A stretch of DNA of 64,000 bases from Eledone cirrhosa (taxonomy: Eukaryota): assembly GCA_964016885.1 (NCBI GenBank), contig OZ024744.1, positions 4,774,001 to 4,838,000 on the forward strand, in the 5' to 3' direction. Position numbers and translations under genes: made by a program. Below the pieces are notes generated by a model, which worked only from the letters and a program-made list of their open reading frames with translations, ran no database searches and was not told where the DNA came from. This document shows positions 61,701-64,000 of this stretch, one piece after another. Each line of letters begins with the position of its first letter. Position 1 is the first letter of the stretch.

Positions 61701-64000
61701 TTGGTAGACATTGAGGTTGGTAGCAGAGGTCTATCTTGGTAGACAGTGGTGTTGGTAGCAGAGGTCTATGTTGGTAGACAGTGGTGTTGGTAGCAGAGGT
61801 CTATCTTGGTAGACAGTGGTGTTGGTAGCAGATGTCTATATTGGTAGACAGTGGTGTTGGTAGCAGAGGTCTATCTTGGTAGACAGTGAGGTTGGTAGCA
61901 GAGGTCTATCTTCGTAGACAGTGAGGTTGGTAGCAGAGGTCTATCTTGGTAGACAGTGGTGTTGGTAGCAGAGGTCTATGTTGGTAGACAGTGAGGTTGG
62001 TAGCAGAGGTCTATCTTGGTAGACAGTGAAGTTGGTAGCAGAGGTCTATCTTGGTAGACAGTGAGGGTGGTAGCAGAGGTCTATCTTGGTAGACAGTGGT
62101 GTTCGTAGCAGAGGTCTATCTTGGTAGACAGTGGTGTTGGTAGCAGAGGTCTATCTTGGTAGACAGTGAGGTTGGTAGCAGAGGTCTATCTTGGTAGACA
62201 GTGGTGTTGGTAGCAGAGGTCTATCTTGGTAGACAGTGGGGTGGGTAGCAGAGGTCTATCTTGGTAGACAGTGGTGTTGGTAGCAGAGGTCTATCTTGGT
62301 AGACAGTGGTGTTGGTAGCAGAGGTCTATGTTGGTAGACAGTGGTGTTGGTAGCAGAGGTTAATCTTGGTAGACAGTGGTGTTGGTAGCAGAGGTCTATC
62401 TTGGTAGACAGTGGTGTTGGTAGCATAGATCCATCTTGGTAGACAGTAGTGTTGGTAGCAGAGGTCTATGTTGGTAGACAGTGGTGTTTGTAGCAGAGGT
62501 CTATGTTGGTAGACAGTGGTGTTGGAAGCAGAGGTCTATCTTAGTAGACAGTGGTGTGGTACATAGGTCTATGTTGGTAGACAGTGAGGTTGGTAGCAGA
62601 GGTCTATATTGGTAGACAGTGAGGTTGGTAGCAGAGGTCTATCTTGGTAGACAGTGAGGTTGGTAGCAGAGCTCTATCTTGGTAGAAAGTGGTGTTGGTA
62701 GCAGAGGTCTATGTTGGTAGACAGTGGTGTTGGTAGCAGAGGTTTATCTTGGTAGACAGTGGTGTTGGTAGCAGAGGTCTATGTTGGTAGACAGTGGTGT
62801 TGGTAGCAGAGGTATATCTTGGTAGGCAGTGGTGTTGGTAGCAGAGCTCTATCTTGGTAGACAGTGGTGTTGGTAGCAGAGGTCTTTCTTGGTAGACAGT
62901 GGTGTTGCTAGCAGAGGTCTATGTTGGTAGAAAGTGAGGTTGGTAGCTGAGATCTATGTTGGTAGACAGTGGTGTTGGTAGCAGAAGTCTATCTTGGTAG
63001 ACAGTGAGGTTGGTAGCAGAGGTCTATCTTGGTAGACAGTGGTGTTGGTAGCAGAGGTCTATCTTGGTAGACAGTGGTGTTGGTAGCAGAGGTCTATCTT
63101 GGTAGACATTGGTGTTGGTAGCAGAGTTCTATCTTGGTAGACAGTGGTGTTGGTAGCAGAGGTCTATGTTGGTAGACAGTGGTGTTGGTAATAGAGGTCT
63201 ATCTTGGTAGACAGTGGTGTTGGTAGCAGATGTCTATCTTGGTAGACAGTGGTGTTGGTAGCAGAGGTCTATCTTGGTAGACAGTGGTGTTGGTAGCAGA
63301 GGTCGATCTTGGTAGACAGTGGTGTTGGTAGCAGAGGTCTATCTTGGTAGACAGTGGTGTTGGTAGCAGATGTCTATCTTGGTAGACAGTGGTGTTGGTA
63401 GCAGAGATCTATCTTGGTAGACAGTGGTGTTGGTAGCAGAGGTCGATCTTGGTAGACAGTGGTGTTGGTAGCAGAGGTCGATCTTGGTAGACAGTGGTGT
63501 TGGTAGCAGAGGTCTATCTTGGTAGACAGTGGTGTTGGTAGCAGAGGTCTATGTTGGTAGACAGTGGTGTTGGTAGCAGAGGTATATCTTGGTAGGCAGT
63601 GGTGTTGGTAGCAGAGCTCTATCTTGGTAGACAGTGGTGTTGGTAGCAGAGGTCTATCTTGGTAGACAGTGGTGTTGGTAGCAGAGGTCTTTCTTGGTAG
63701 ACAGTGGTGTTGGTAGCAGAGGTCTATGTTAGTAGAAAGTGAGGTTGGTAGCAGAGGTCTATCTTGGTAGAAAGTGGTGTTGGTAGGAGAGGTCTATCTT
63801 GGTAGACAGTGGTGTTGGTAACAGAGGTCTATCTTGGTAGACAGTGGTGTTGGTAGCAGAGGTCTATATTGGTAGACAGTGGTGTTGGTAGCAGATGTCT
63901 ATCTTGGTAGACAGTGGTGTTGGTAGCAGAGGTCTATCTTGGTAGACAGTGGTGGTGGTAGCAGAGGTCTATCTTGTTAGACAGTGTTGTTGGTAGCAGA

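Larger units (their letters stand above)
1..64000 (+). repeat. 35-bp tandem satellite/minisatellite array, consensus GTTGGTAGCAGAGGTCTATCTTGGTAGACAGTGGT, ~1,829 copies, head-to-tail, running off both window edges
   Basis: Seen directly: GTTGGTAGCA recurs at 1, 36, 71 and onward. The last monomer starts at 63989, which fits 1,829 x 35 bp minus 36 one-base deletions plus one 9-bp gain. Most monomers differ from consensus by 0-3 bases. No non-repeat sequence was seen. Confidence 0.99.

Noticed and set aside
1-64000. CRISPR array (35-bp repeat with an internal hairpin)
   Set aside because: The repeats are directly adjacent with no unique spacers, and there is no leader or cas gene. The variation consists of point substitutions inherited in blocks.
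1-64000. Mucin-like or other coding VNTR exon
   Set aside because: The period of 35 is not a multiple of 3. The + strand has two TAG per monomer and the minus strand has one. One-base deletions are tolerated and propagated.
1-64000. Whole window as a sequencing concatemer or collapsed/synthetic artefact
   Set aside because: Variants are organised in hierarchically shared, ordered blocks with copy-specific differences, which random read error or rolling-circle artefacts would not produce. Local mis-ordering by the assembler remains possible.
1-64000. Inversions, embedded transposons, tRNA/rRNA genes, promoters or terminators
   Set aside because: No reverse-orientation monomers (ACCACTGTCTACCAAG...) and no non-repeat sequence were seen. 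The hairpin is too short and lacks a U-tract to be an intrinsic terminator.
1-64000. A single regular higher-order repeat period
   Set aside because: Marker spacings vary widely (2.6-9.6 kb for GGGGTGGG; 9.8 vs 10.4 kb for CTAGCTT). The structure is nested and mosaic, not a fixed HOR.

Overview
The whole 64-kb window is one uninterrupted, single-orientation tandem array (satellite or very long minisatellite) of a 35-bp monomer. The consensus is GTTGGTAGCAGAGGTCTATCTTGGTAGACAGTGGT, present as about 1,829 full copies plus 12 bp, with about 49% GC, a strongly G/T-rich + strand and no CpG. I saw no unique sequence, no credible gene, RNA gene, transposon or CRISPR spacer, and no inversion. The two ORFs in the track are translations of the repeat. 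The information lies in the variant monomers, which reveal a nested, irregular higher-order structure: local duplications of 4-38 monomers, recurrent variant cassettes every ~2-5 kb, a ~10-kb unit present about 2.5 times (11.1-36.8 kb), a ~7.8-7.9-kb tandem duplication (36.8-52.6 kb), a ~5.6-kb-offset duplication, and a match at a ~32.8-kb offset. A new set of variant monomers appears only after ~40.2 kb. The monomer is itself a diverged dimer with a small hairpin. Length changes are limited to 36 one-base deletions (about 8 independent events) and one G13 tract. The organism and function (centromeric, subtelomeric or heterochromatic) cannot be determined from this window. A eukaryotic origin is inferred only from the size of the array. 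All counts and coordinates were made by eye and may be off by a few bases. I found no support for a new protein-coding or defence system here.
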